DNA of 64,000 nucleotides, taken from the NCBI RefSeq assembly GCF_009914755.1, contig NC_060936.1; one strand, written 5' to 3'. A model generated the notes under the pieces. That model made no database searches. It worked only from the letters and a program-made list of their open reading frames with translations, and was not told the origin of the DNA. The DNA comes from the human T2T-CHM13v2.0 reference genome, Homo sapiens. Below, one piece after another: positions 1-19,350 of the stretch. Each line of letters begins with the position of its first letter. The stretch's first letter is position 1. A program made the position numbers and the translations under genes.

Positions 1-404
1 TGAAACTCCGTCTCAAAAAAAAAAAAAAAAAAAAAGACAAGCATCCAAGGACATTTGCCGGGTAGAGAAGCAGCTAGGATTAGAGAAACAGAGATGTAGA
101 AGCCCTTTCAGGGTCAGAACGAGATAAACGTGGGCTGCAGGCCACGTGAGTGAGCACCCACGGTGCTGTTGAATTTAGAGGTGGGCTACAACAGACCCGA
201 GGCCCCCAGGAAGGCTTCACAGAGACAACCCCTTGAGGTGAGCCTTGAAGGCAAGATGTAAGACATGAATGGTGGCCTCGCAGAAGCGGATATTCCCTCG
301 AGGGGGTGAGAAACAGGCAACACCACAGAGGTGGGAAGGCAGCTGGCGCATTTGGGAATTGCCAGATCGTTCTAGCTGCTACGGAACACGTGCATAGGGT
401 ACCC

Positions 405-1122
405 ACCAGGCAGGGCTTTCACCAGAGAAACAGAACCAGTAGGAGATGGAGCTATGTGGCAAGAGATTTACTGCAAAGAATTGGCTTATGTGATTGTAGG
501 GGCTGGCTAGGAAAATTCTAAATCCTTGGGGCAGGCCATTAGGAAGGGCAGACTCGAAACTCAGCCAGGACCTGAAGCTGCCGTTCACAGGGGGAATTTC
601 TTCTTTGGGGAAGCCTCAGCCTTGTTCTTATAGTCATTTAACTGATTGAATCAGGCCCACCCAGGACATCTCAAATCATTAACTTAAAGTCAACTTTTTA
701 TTATTTTTTTTTAGACAAGGTCTTGCCCTGTCACTTAGGCTGGAGTGCAGTGGCACAATCATGTCTCACTGCAGCCTCAATCTCCTGGCCTCAAATGATC
801 CTTCCACCTCAGCCTCCTGAGTAGCTGGGATTACAGGTGCGCACCACCACACCTGGCTAATTCTTGTATTTTTTGTAGAAATGGGGTTTCACCATGTTGC
901 TCAGGTTGGTCTCCAACTCCTGGGCTCAAGCGATCTTCCTGCCTCGGCCTCCCAAAGTGCTGGGATTACAGGTGTGAGGCACTGTGCCCAGCCTAACATC
1001 AACTGATTATGAATGTTAATCATATCTACAAAATACCTACACAGCAACAACTAGAGTAGCATTTGATTGAATAACTGGAGACTATAGCTTAGCCAAGTTG
1101 ACACACAAAACCGACCATCACA
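405..1122 (-). mobile_element. MLT2-family (ERVL) LTR interrupted by an antisense Alu (~694-993)
   Basis: Minus strand begins TGTGATGGT...TGTGTCAACTTGGCTA, the MLT2 5' terminus; typical 'agagaaacagaaccagtagga' segment. Confidence 0.8.
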
Positions 1123-1567
1123 AGTACCAATCAGAAAGGACAGAGGAGAGCGAGAATGGGATCAACAGTGTTTTCCAAAATGTGAAATCCTGCTACTAGA
1201 GGTCTGTGAGAAGATGGCACACTCGGTGACTGTTGGAGATACAGGAGCTTGGTGTTAAGATAACACTGAGTTGAGAAAGGAAAAGACAACTCCTGTTTAA
1301 ACCCTCTCTCAGCCCTTCTGATTAACTGAGAGAAAGTCCCAGTTTGGTGCTGGCTTGACTTTTTTAACATCTCTAAACTTGTAGATAACCTCCCTTTTTT
1401 AGCAAAATGAGAAGCTGGTAGTCACCAGCATTGGGCAGTATTTATAAATAAGAACATTTTCACCGTATTTATGCATTTATTTATTTATTTTCACAATTTT
1501 CTACACACGGCAAGTAATCCTGGTTTTCTTTTTTCATAATTAAATATTTCCTTTTAAAATATATTTA

Positions 1568-3068
<1,501 letters not shown>

Positions 3069-3865
3069 TTGGCAGGCTGTGTACACGATAAACCAAAATG
3101 GGGGAAAATTAAGGACAAAAAAAGACCCAATAAATTTGTCATTACCTTCCTGTGGAGTCAGATGCTATTATCTTTCCCTATTCCCAAATTATCCAACTGG
3201 GTGTCTTTTTGGTAGAGCCTTAGGCTCCAGAGAGGAAAATTAGGTTCATCATGAACCCCCTTTAGGGATGACACCTCATTTTTCCAAGGCTAATTCAAGA
3301 TAGGTTAGTTAATTGATATAATTGATACAGGTTCCAGCCTGACCATGTTTCTTTATTTCTTTTTTTGAGACAGGGTGTCACTCTGTCGCCCAGGCTAGAG
3401 TGCACGGCTCACTGCAGCCTTGACCTCCTGGGCTCAAGCCATCCTCTCACCTCAACCTTCTGAGTAGCTGGGACCACAGGTGTCCACTACCACACCTGGC
3501 TAGGTTCTCATATTTTTTGTTTACTTGGGAGGCTGAGGTGGGAGTATCTCTTGAGCCTGGGAGGTGGAGGTTGCAATGAGCGAGATCGTACCACAGCACT
3601 CCAGCCTGAGGTGACAGAGCAAGGCCCTGTCTCAAAAAAGAAGAAAAAAGAAAAGACTGAAACTTTCTGGTCTTTCATGGGGCATAGAGGGAAGATCTGA
3701 GCAAGCACTCATCCTTCTGTGACTTGGAAATTGAATCCTGCATGACTTGGGGCCTTTCCCTTTTAAAGCTCAGTGATATTAAATGCTTAGAGCAGGTAAC
3801 CCTGAGGAGCAGGAGCACTGAGAAGTTTCCACCAAAGGTTTAGATTCCATGCACTTGGGCCTCTA

Positions 3866-4147
<282 letters not shown>

Positions 4148-4352
4148 TTAAAAATTAGCTGGGCATGATGGCGCATGCCTTTAGTCCCAGCTACTTGAGA
4201 GGCTTCGATAAGAAGATCGCTTGAGCCCAGGAGGTGAGAGGCTTCGATAAGATCGCTTGAGCCTAGGAGGTCAAGGCAGCAGTGAGCTATAATTGCACCA
4301 CTGCACTCCAGCCTGAGCGACAGACTGAGACTCGGTCTCAAAAAAAAAAAAT

Positions 4353-4720
4353 TACTATTCATCCTAAAAGAAAGAAATCCTGTCATCTGCTAAAACATGG
4401 ATAAACCTTAAGGACATTTGGCTAAGTGAAGTAAGATAATCACAAAAGAACAAATACAGATACTGCATGATTCCACTTATGTAAGGTATGTAAAGTAGTC
4501 AGACTCTTAGAAACAAAGTAGTATGGTGGTTGCCAGGGAACCAAGGGAGGGGGCAATGGGGAGTTGTTCAATGGATATACAGTTTCAATTTTGCAAGATG
4601 GAAAAGTTCCAGAGATCAGTTGCGCAAGGTGCGTATAGTTAACACTACTGTACTACTGTACACTTAAACATGGTTAAGATAGTAAATTTTATGCTACGTT
4701 TTTGACCACAAAAGAAAAAA
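4353..4720 (+). mobile_element. L1MB-like 3' end fragment
   Basis: 'acatggataaacct..gctaagtgaa', 'tggtggttgccaggg' and 'ttgcaagatggaaaagttcc' motifs, ending in an A-rich tail. Confidence 0.8.
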
Positions 4721-4797
4721 GGAGGTGAATCGAATTACACATGTGCCAAGGGCTGGCTCGGTAATGAATCTTGGGGTGGAACCCTGTTTGTTGTGCA

Positions 4798-4875
4798 GGT
4801 GTACCCCACATGCGTGGCTCGGCAGGCTCCCCTGCCAAACCTCACCAGTCCACCTGGTCCACCTGGAACAGATTA
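4798..4875 (-). pseudogene. SERCA exon-16-like remnant ([22 protein letters not shown])
   Basis: Minus strand CTGTTCCAG..CTGGTGAGGTTTGGC..CTGCCGAGCCACGCATGTGGGGTACACC resembles CCTGTTCAG..CTGGTGACAGATGGCCTGCCTGCCACTGCACTGGGGTTCAACC, with frameshifts. Confidence 0.55.
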
Positions 4876-5219
4876 TCTGAAAATCTCGAAGCACCATCTT
4901 CACACATATTGGCCATTTTCCATGATACCCCAAACGGATTTTGTTCTTCAGAACTTTTGCAAATCAGTTATGCACTTCAACTCTCCAATAATAATGACAA
5001 AATTAGTAACTAGTATTTACTGAAAACTTATTCCAAAGGAATTACATCATATATGAGTAAGGTGAAAATTAACTGTAGTCAAACAACCTTTGAAAGTACC
5101 TTAAATTGCCAACAAAATACAACATACATGATCTAGTGTGAACCGCAGCCCTATACAGTAATTCCCAAGCAAACTTAAAGCTTTAGAATGATTGAGGTAG
5201 CTCAGAGCAAAAACCAAAA

Positions 5220-6582
<1,363 letters not shown>

Positions 6583-7262
6583 GGTAGGAAAGAGAGCCTG
6601 GGACCTGATTATCATGTAAAGATAAATTCTCCACAGTGCAGAGCAGACAGGCAATTTACAGGTACCTGTAGCATAAAATTTAACAGCCATAAAAGAAGCT
6701 TTATCCATTTTGGAAACGGGGAAAAAAAACAAAGCTGAGTCTTTTGGAGAAGAAAGATAAAGTGAAATTTCATCTTTGATTTTCTCTGGGAAACATTGTA
6801 AACTAGTTAAAAGACAGACTGCAGAGGGAAGGAAACAATGAGAATTTCAGCTTTTTCTCTGTCCTTTTACTTGTTTATTTTAAATATATATGTAACTATA
6901 AAGCAAGAAAATGGAAGTCACTAGAGTTACATGTATCTACACTTGTATTTTTAGCTTTATATGAATAAACCTACAAAAAAAAAAAAACCCCAGGCCAGGC
7001 GCAGTGGCTCACGCCTGTAATCCCAGTAATCTGGGAGGTCGAAGAAGGCAGATCACTTGAGCTCAGGAGTTCGAGACCAGCCTGAGCAACATGGAGAAGC
7101 CCCATCTCTACAAAAAAATGCAAAAATTAGCCGGATGTGGTGGGGCATGCCTGTAATCCCAGCTACTCGGGAGGCTGAGGCGATTGCTTGAGCCTGAGGG
7201 GCAGAGGTTGCAGTGAACAGAGATTGCTCATGGGTGATAGAGAAGACTCTGTCTCAAAAAGA

Positions 7263-7305
<43 letters not shown>

Positions 7306-7593
7306 AAATTTTAAAAAACATAATAGTGAGTAAAACAAAACAAAATGCCGGATATGTACAAAATTTGTAAGTTTTGTGTAAACTATGAAAAATACCAGAT
7401 AATACAGTTTGCATTGTTTTGTTTTGTTTTTGTTTGTTTTGAGACAGACTCTCGCTCTGTCGCCCAGGCTGGAGTGCAGTGGCACTATCTCGGCTCACTG
7501 CAACCTCCACCTCCCAGATTCAAGCAATTCTGCCTCAGTCTTCCGACTAGCTGAGATTACATGCAAGCGCCACCACACTTAGCTAATTTTTGA

Positions 7594-7716
<123 letters not shown>

Positions 7717-8129
7717 TAGCCCATTGTTGTTTGTGGATATACTTATCTATAGTAAAAATACAAGAATATGCATGAGAATGATAAACCCCAAGTTCAGGAT
7801 AGAGGTTACCACTGGGAAAGAAAGGTCGAGAATGAGTTTCAAGGAACATACAAGGAACTTCAGTTCTAACAATAATGTTTTATTTCTAAATGGTGCATAG
7901 ATGAGTGTTTATTATATTATTATTGTACTTTTTTCTGTGCCTGAAATGTGTCTTAGTTTTAAAAACGGGGGTGGCGGGAATTTGAAGCCTCTATACCTTC
8001 AATAATGTCTCTGTATCTTCCATAACGTTAATGGATATGTTTGTTGTTACAAGATTAAATCAAATGGTTTACGTTTTAGGAGGGCTGGGCCTTAAGATCA
8101 GCCTAAGATGAAGGTGCCTGCAATGTCTC

Positions 8130-8285
8130 TCTACTAGTGCTGCCAGCCACGTGCAAGGCACATCACATGCACAGTCTCTCATGTAACTCACACGAAAACT
8201 ACATGAGGTAGATTCAATTATCCACTCTTTATAATTGAGGAAATAGGGACACAGATTAAGTAGCTTGCCTAAGAGCATACAGTAT
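8130..8285 (-). mobile_element. MIR fragment (other MIRs at ~10175-10330, 37530-37720, 56225-56400)
   Basis: MIR core-like 'tgaggaaatagggacacaga..ttaagtagcttgcctaag'. Confidence 0.6.
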
Positions 8286-9420
8286 TACCTGGTGCCTGCA
8301 ATTCTCTGAATTTGTCTCTCCACGTTTTCCAAAAGGTGATGTTTTGAAGACTGTGATAATATTGAATCATGTGACTGGAAAAACAGGGCAAATCACAAGT
8401 TAAAACACACCCCCTGTCTAACATGTGCAAAGCCCTCTCTGAGGAGTCTCATTAGCCTGGAGCCTGGTTCTAATGCACTAAGCCCTTTACCTTCCCTCCC
8501 CACTGGACCCCCTTTTTAATTGACATTTAATTGCCTGTGGTCAGATCTCCTCCAATCCCTGTGCCTCTGGGCCCCTGATCTTAGGGGACTTGGGGAGCTA
8601 GACCTATATTTTCTTGGATTTCCACTGACTTCCCATTAAATTATTATCCCTGGGTACAGTGGACTCCGTGTGCATGTGTTGCTTTATTTCGCCTTTAAAG
8701 CATACAGCTTTAATTGGGCAATCACAATGCCTTTCTCCCATTATCGTCAGCAGGGAAGTAAGTAATCAAGCTCCCCATCTTAAAACTTCGGTAAAATGAG
8801 GTCAGCAAGATGTGTGGTATTGACATGGCACCCAGCAAAGGAAAATGACTCTTGGTGGCTCACATTGTTGTGGGGCTTGTTTGCGTTGCTGTGCAGTTGT
8901 AATGGAAAATGAATAAAAATAAAAATCCCGGGGCCCTTTTTGGCCAGCACTTGGGAAGTTAATCCCACTGTCCTGGCAGAATTCCAGCTCAGGTCACTGC
9001 ATTCAGCTGGCGGAAGCCTCCTTGTGCAGCTTTCAGTGGAAGGGGAACTCTGCTTTACCACTTTTCTCAGCAACATGTGCTGCAAATTAAGCAGCTGTCC
9101 CTTCCCCACCCTGGACAGGGCTGCATTTCGTGACTCAGAATGATCCTCTCTCCCCTTGCCACAGCGGGGAGTAGGGACAGATCTGGGATCAGGAAATTAA
9201 ACTGGTCCAAGAACCAGTTGAGGAGATATTTGCTATAATAAAAATCTTTGTGGGTCTCTGAGTGCTTCTGCGCAGTCAGAGAATCACAGATTCCTAGCAT
9301 TAAAAGGTTTTCCAGGAGTCGTCTAGTTTCTTTCTAAAACCCCATGCATACATTCCCTCCATTTGTTTTATAACATTTTATTATGCAAATTTAAAGTGTT
9401 TCTATACCTGAAGTACTTAG

Positions 9421-11019
<1,599 letters not shown>

Positions 11020-11149
11020 TAGAACCCTTTTATGTACCAATGAAATCAAGCCTTGCTGGAATGGTCGGTTGTCTACCCCTAGTTTTATACTGGGAGGCTA
11101 CTAAGAAGAACGGTTGGGGGAGGACAGGAAGGTGAAGGCGCTTTCTGGA

Positions 11150-11241
11150 AAAGACCCATCCTAATGATACATGTGCTATGACTGCAGCCCCCTCTCTCCC
11201 CTCAGGTCAGAGAATCCTCTTAGAGGCTGTTCTGTGGTCTC
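11150..11241 (-). pseudogene. SERCA exon-11-like remnant (EATETAL...GLS)
   Basis: GAGACCACAGA-ACAGCCTC resembles E-A-T-E-T-A-L codons; GGGTCTTT (GLS) lies downstream. Confidence 0.42.
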
Positions 11242-11404
11242 AGAATGCTCCCTGCCCCCAAGTTGCCATGTCAGATGTTTGAGGGAAATCTGATTTCTGA
11301 GGACAGAGCTCTAGGTGTGGGTTGTTTTATTTTGGGGATGGGGTGGGGGTAGGAGTTGGCCATGGGTTTGCTGCATTCCAGGAAGAGGGAGGACTGCTCT
11401 CCTC

Positions 11405-11458
11405 CGATGAGTCATGGAAGAGAAACGTCTAATGTTTGCAAACGTCTCCAGCCAAGCC
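11405..11458 (-). pseudogene. SERCA exon-10-like remnant (GLVELATICALCNDS)
   Basis: GGCTTGGCTGGAG..TTTGCAAACATT..CTCTTCCATGACTCATCG reads GL.E.FANI..LFHDSS across small indels. Confidence 0.5.
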
Positions 11459-11681
11459 TCTGCTTTCTTAGACTCCTCCCATCCCCCATCCATGCAGATT
11501 GGACCCCCGTGAGAAGATTTAAATGTTAAGGTTGAAGGCCAAAGAGGCCATGGCTCTACTGGTTGAGATGGGAAGCAGCTAACAGAACGGGAACGATTGT
11601 CCAGTACCTCTAGACTCCAGCTTGCAAGACACGGGACAGGACCTTATAATAGGTGTATCTGTCTCCCAAATCAGGACATAC

Positions 11682-11768
11682 TCTGGGTGGTGCAGGAGGA
11701 TCAGGTGAAAGAACTGGATTTTCACAGGGGCCCTGCCATCTGCAGAGGGCCTCCAATCAACACGGCAT
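11682..11768 (-). pseudogene. SERCA exon-9-like remnant with splice-like ends
   Basis: Pyrimidine-rich ...ctctgcag|ATG start, ACC TGA TCC TCC TGC ACC resembling TGSTYA, and GA|gtatgt donor. 87 nt versus 89 nt recalled for SERCA2 exon 9. Confidence 0.4.
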
Positions 11769-11847
11769 CTGCAGAGGGCTGGGAGATCAGAGAAGCCACA
11801 GTTGGAGAAGAAGCAGAGGCGATTGCAGAAAAGGCCAGGGCATAGGG

Positions 11848-12163
11848 AGTCAGGGGAGGTCTTGCAAATGACAGAAGCTGTGATCTGTTTCTTTCAGGGG
11901 AAGATGAAGGATAAGCGGGCTTGAGAGGGATGGAGCTAGTGGGGGTGTGCTGGGAGCCCACGGCTGCCTCAGCCTCAGCCTTAGCCAGACTGCTGGAGCC
12001 AGATGGGGTTCATGATGCATCTTCCCAGATGGAACGGATCAGGCATGTCAGACAAGCTTCTCTTAGGATACATGGTGTCCTCCTCCCTCCCCCTATTTGA
12101 AATCAGGAGAGAATCACAAGGTAACTTGGGAGGGCTGCCAACCTCCTGGGATCTTTTGTGAAC
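11848..12163 (-). pseudogene. SERCA exon-8-like remnant (M3-M4 to the DKTGTLT motif)
   Basis: Colinear anchors QK..EVG-QPSQV, DPFHLGRCIMNPI (vs DPVHGGSWIRGAI), AEAA..GLPA and SVIC--KT..LT over ~311 nt, versus ~321 nt in SERCA2. Confidence 0.5.
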
Positions 12164-12976
12164 TATCAGGTAACTACAGCAGGATCACAATGGGAGACCT
12201 AAACATGCCTCCACCAACACCCCCCCCCCCTTTTTTTTTCTATTGTGGGACATCAAGGGAGCAAGCTGGTCAGCTTGGGAACAAAGATCCTATTCTAGGA
12301 ATTTGTCCACAGCAACCCTATCTGCTGTGTGCACTGTCCTTGGATTTCTGCCAGACTGAAACCCAACCTTCTTGGGGCTGCTACCACTACTGTGAGAGCA
12401 ACACCCTGGCACCCGGCAGGGAAGGGAGAATCAGAGAACTCATCCTATAAAATTAAAATTGCATTTAATCACTCTTCTTTCTTCTACCAGGCTCAGGAGG
12501 CCAGGCCATCTCTGCATTTTAAGTATTTCACCATTTAAAGTCTAAGCACCTTGGGGGGTGAGGAAGGAGGGCAATGGAGGAGAACTTTTGAAATCTTTCC
12601 ACAAAAATCAAAGAACAAACCAACTAGAGGGAAAAATAGCTGCTATATTTAAACTACATTATCCCATCAGGGAGCTATGGTTTTGAGAACCATTCCACAG
12701 TACTTTGTTTGGCACTGCTATATGGGTTTCTTTTCTTTCTTTTTTTTAAGATGGCAAGATTTTTTTTTTTCTTCAGAGCAGTAATTGCAAAGGAAGCAAA
12801 GGTCTTCACTAATTAATTTGGTAGATATTCACTGAGCATCTGCTATGTGCCTGGCACTACACTGGTCGCTGGGGGCACAAAATAGATAAGGAAGGACTCA
12901 AGGTCCTCATTGCAAATAATTATCATGCATTTATTCAAGAAGTTTTGATTGCATGCCTTCTAAGTGCATATGATTC

Positions 12977-13506
12977 TATTACAGGAAAGGGTCCCAATCC
13001 AGACCCCAAAAGAGTAATAGAATTCAGGTCGAGTCCACAGAGTAAAGTGAAAGCAACTTTATTAGGAAAGTAAAGGAATAAAAGAATGGCTGCTCCATAG
13101 ACAGAGCAGCCCTGAGGGCTGCTGATTGCCCATTTTTATGGTTATTTCTTGATGATATGCTAAACAAGGGGTGGATTATTCATGCCTCTCCTTTTTAGAC
13201 CATATGGGGTAACTTCCTGACGTCATGGCATTTGTAAACTGTCGTGGCGCTGGTGGGAGTATAGCAGCGAGGACGACCAGAGGTCACTCTCATCGCCATC
13301 CTAGATTTGGTGGGTTTTGGCCACTTCTTTACTGCAACCTGTTTTATCAGCAAGGTCTTTATGACCTGTAGCTTGTGCCAATCTCCTATCTCATCCTGTG
13401 ACCTAGAATGTCTTAGCCATCTGGGAATGCAGCCCAGTAGGTCTCAGCCTCATTTTACCCAGCTCCTATTCAAGATGGAGTTGCTCTGGTTCACATGCCT
13501 CTGACA
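12977..13506 (-). mobile_element. MER41A-type solo LTR (ERV1)
   Basis: Minus strand starts TGTCAGAGGCATGTGAACCAGAGCAACTCCATCTTGAATAGG; ~530 bp; lacks the tandem GAS segment of MER41B. Confidence 0.85.
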
Positions 13507-14347
13507 ATTTCCATTCTCCTGGAGTTTATAGTCTGGTGGAAGAGGACAGACAATAAACAAGTGACTTAGGGTGATTAAGTGCCATGAAGGAAGGAGTATT
13601 ACTCATATGTGCATTTGCCCATTTGCTATTCCTTCTGCCCAAGATGCTGCTCTTCTTGGCTCTAAATTTTCAAAGGACTCTGTATTATTCCTGGCCCTCC
13701 TTCTGTCACTCTCAAATGCGAGTCCATGACCCAGTCAAGTGGAGATGTCAGATCAGCAGCTGAGTATATGCATCTGGACATACAAATGTGTAGTCAACAA
13801 TATGTAGGTGGGCCGGCACGGTGGCTCACGCTTGTAATCACAGCACTTTGGGAGGCCGAGGCAGGTGGATCATTTGAGGTCATGCGTTCAAGACCAGCCT
13901 GGCCAACACAGTGAAATCCCGTCTCTACCAAAAAATACAAAATTTAGTCAGGCGTGGTGGAGCATGCCTGTAATCCCAGCTACTTGTGAGGCTGAGGCAG
14001 GAGAATAGCTTGAACACAGGAGGTGAGGTTGCAGTGAGCCGAGATCGCGCCACTGCACTCCAGCCTGGGTGACAGAGTGAGACCCTGTCTCAAACAAAAA
14101 AACAAACAAACAAACCCATTATGTAGGTGGAGTTTAAAGCAGTGGGACTAAGGAAAGATTACAGATAGGAAGACTGCCGGGTCCTAAGCCCTGGGACACT
14201 CCAGGTTTAAAGTTAAGTAGAAGAGTCTGGACACAGTGGCTCACATCTATAATCCCAGCACTTTGGGAGGCCGAGGTGGGAAGATCGCTTAAGCCCAGGA
14301 GGAGTTCAAGACCAGTCTGGGCAACATGGCAAGACCCCCCATCTCTA

Positions 14348-14506
<159 letters not shown>

Positions 14507-14812
14507 TCAAAAAGAAAAAGAATAAAGTTAAGTAGAAGAGGGGGAGGCACAGAAAAGGAGGTTGAAAACGACCAACCAGAGAAGGGGAAGGAAAACCCAG
14601 GTTACTATACTCGAGTGATATAAAGTGCTGTTTGAGGCCAGGCACAGGTGGCTCAGACCTGTAATCCCAGCACTTTGGGAGGCTGAGGTGGGCGAATCAC
14701 TTGAGGTCAGAAGTTCAAGACCAGCCTGGCCAACATGGTGAAACCCCGTCTCTACTAAAAATACAAAAACTAGCCAGGCATGTTAGTGCACACCTGTAAT
14801 CCCAGCTACTCA

Positions 14813-15022
<210 letters not shown>

Positions 15023-15031
15023 TCATCTTGA

Positions 15032-15592
<561 letters not shown>

Positions 15593-15675
15593 TGAAGTGA
15601 ACATTTGTTGTTTGGCAGATCTAACATTTGCAGCTCTTCTGATAACAGCAGCAGGATTTTCCTTTGAGGCTTTGT

Positions 15676-15853
15676 TTTCCAGCATGTGTGTCCTGAACTA
15701 GCAGCATCAACATCACCGGGGAACTCAGAAATGCAAATTCTTGGGTCCACCCCAGACCTACTGAATTGAGCATTCTGGAGGTAGGCCCCAGCAAAAGGTG
15801 TTTTCAGAAGCCCTCCAGGTGATGCTGAGGCATGCGTGTGAAAACCACCACTG
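15676..15853. mobile_element. MER5A (hAT-Charlie) MITE
   Basis: 'cagcatcaacatcacc..gaaatgcaaattcttggg..ccccagacctactgaat..gccctccaggtgat'. Confidence 0.8.
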
Positions 15854-16356
15854 TAGGGAACTACTTCTTTCCCTCTCAGTTCGTGCAGTTCAGATGGCAC
15901 TGACCATAGTCTTTGCTTCCAGGGGTGTGCACAAATCCCAGAGAAAATCTTAGGCCTTTCTCTCCAGCTTAGTGCTCCAAAAGCACTAAACTGGAGAATT
16001 AGAAACTGGAGATGCTGGAACCATGTCTGCCACCACCTGGAGAGAGACTGCCTGAGAGTAAAAAGCAAAGGAAAAGCTGGGCGCGGTGGCTCACACCTGT
16101 AATCCCAGCACTTTGGGAGGCTGAGGTGGGCGAGTCACCTGAGGTCAGGAGTTCATCACCAGCCTGGCCAACATGGTGAAACCCCGTCTCTACTAAAAAT
16201 ACAAAAATTAGCTGGGCATGGTGATGCATACCTATAATCCCAGCTGCTCAGGAGGCTGAGGCAGGAGAATCGCTTGAACCCAGGAGGTGGAGGTTGCATA
16301 AGCCGAGATCGCGCCACTGCACTCCAACCTGGGCGACAGAGCAAGACTCTGTCTCA

Positions 16357-16687
<331 letters not shown>

Positions 16688-17056
16688 TCAAAATAAATAA
16701 ATAAATAAAAAAGGAAAGAGGCAGAGCTAAGAGGTGGAGAGAGATTCTCAGTGACTTTGAGCACCTGGATCAAGCTGTTCTAAATTTGGAGTCTATTCCC
16801 TATAAGTCCCTTTTTTATAAGCATAAAATAGTGAGTTGGATTTTTAACCCTCGGCCGTCTAAAGAATGCTTATAATCGTGCGGTGTACAGGGAAGGCAGA
16901 TTCTGGAAAAGACATTGTGTTAAGTTTGACAAATTCTCAGATATTGAAGTTATAGTTCATGGGCATGTAGAAAAAGTGGTGGTCACTAGGTGCTGGTGTG
17001 TGTTCAGTAACACAAGCCATGCCAAAGTGGATGCATTTCTGTGAAAAGAGCACTAG

Positions 17057-17413
<357 letters not shown>

Positions 17414-17899
17414 TAGTCTCACTCTGTCGCCCAGGTTGGGGTGCAGTGTCACAATCTTGGCTCACTGCAACCTCCACCTCCTGGGTTCAAGCCATTCTCC
17501 CTGCCTCTGCCTCTTGAGTAGCTGGGATTACAGGCACCTGCCACCATGCCTGCCTAATTTTTGTATTTTTAGTAGAGATGGGGTTTCACCATGTTGGCCA
17601 GGCTGGTTTTGAACTCCTGACCTCAGGTGATCCACCCGCCGTGGCCTCCCAATGTGCTGGGATTACAGGCATAAGCCACCACGCCTGGCCAGTCCTCTCA
17701 TTAACTTCTTATGGACAAAGTAGAGAAAGGCGGGTGGTAGACTAATGTCTGCCTAATCATCTTAAGTGACTTTATATGACAACTTAAATAATGCAGGCAA
17801 TTCTCATCATTCTACTCAACAAGTATGTGCCCCAGAATAAGAGATGACAGATGTGACTTGGTTGAACGGCCTTAGTTCTCATTGGTGTCTCAGTGAAAG

Positions 17900-19350
<1,451 letters not shown>

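Noticed and set aside
100-190. Minus-strand PLNSTAPWVL..P resembling SERCA exon 20 (PLNVTQWLM..P)
   Set aside because: The segment appears continuous with an L2 fragment (ggaaggcttcacagag...), so the match is probably chance.
1150-1240. QSPSVPS..LV..FHILENTVDPI resembling SERCA exon 19
   Set aside because: Right order but low identity and needs gaps; not supportable without alignment to an outgroup paralog.
9085-9225. LDQ..LP..GWGRDSCL resembling exon 13
   Set aside because: Weak, and a competing exon-12-like match lies out of order next to it.
11530-11600. *LL...ASLAFN resembling QLLWVN...ALGFN
   Set aside because: Out of exon order; a better match exists at 4798-4875. It shows that by-eye matches can be spurious.
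12260-12530. Fragments resembling YFKIA, VVVAT and GDKVP motifs
   Set aside because: Mutually inconsistent order and spacing.
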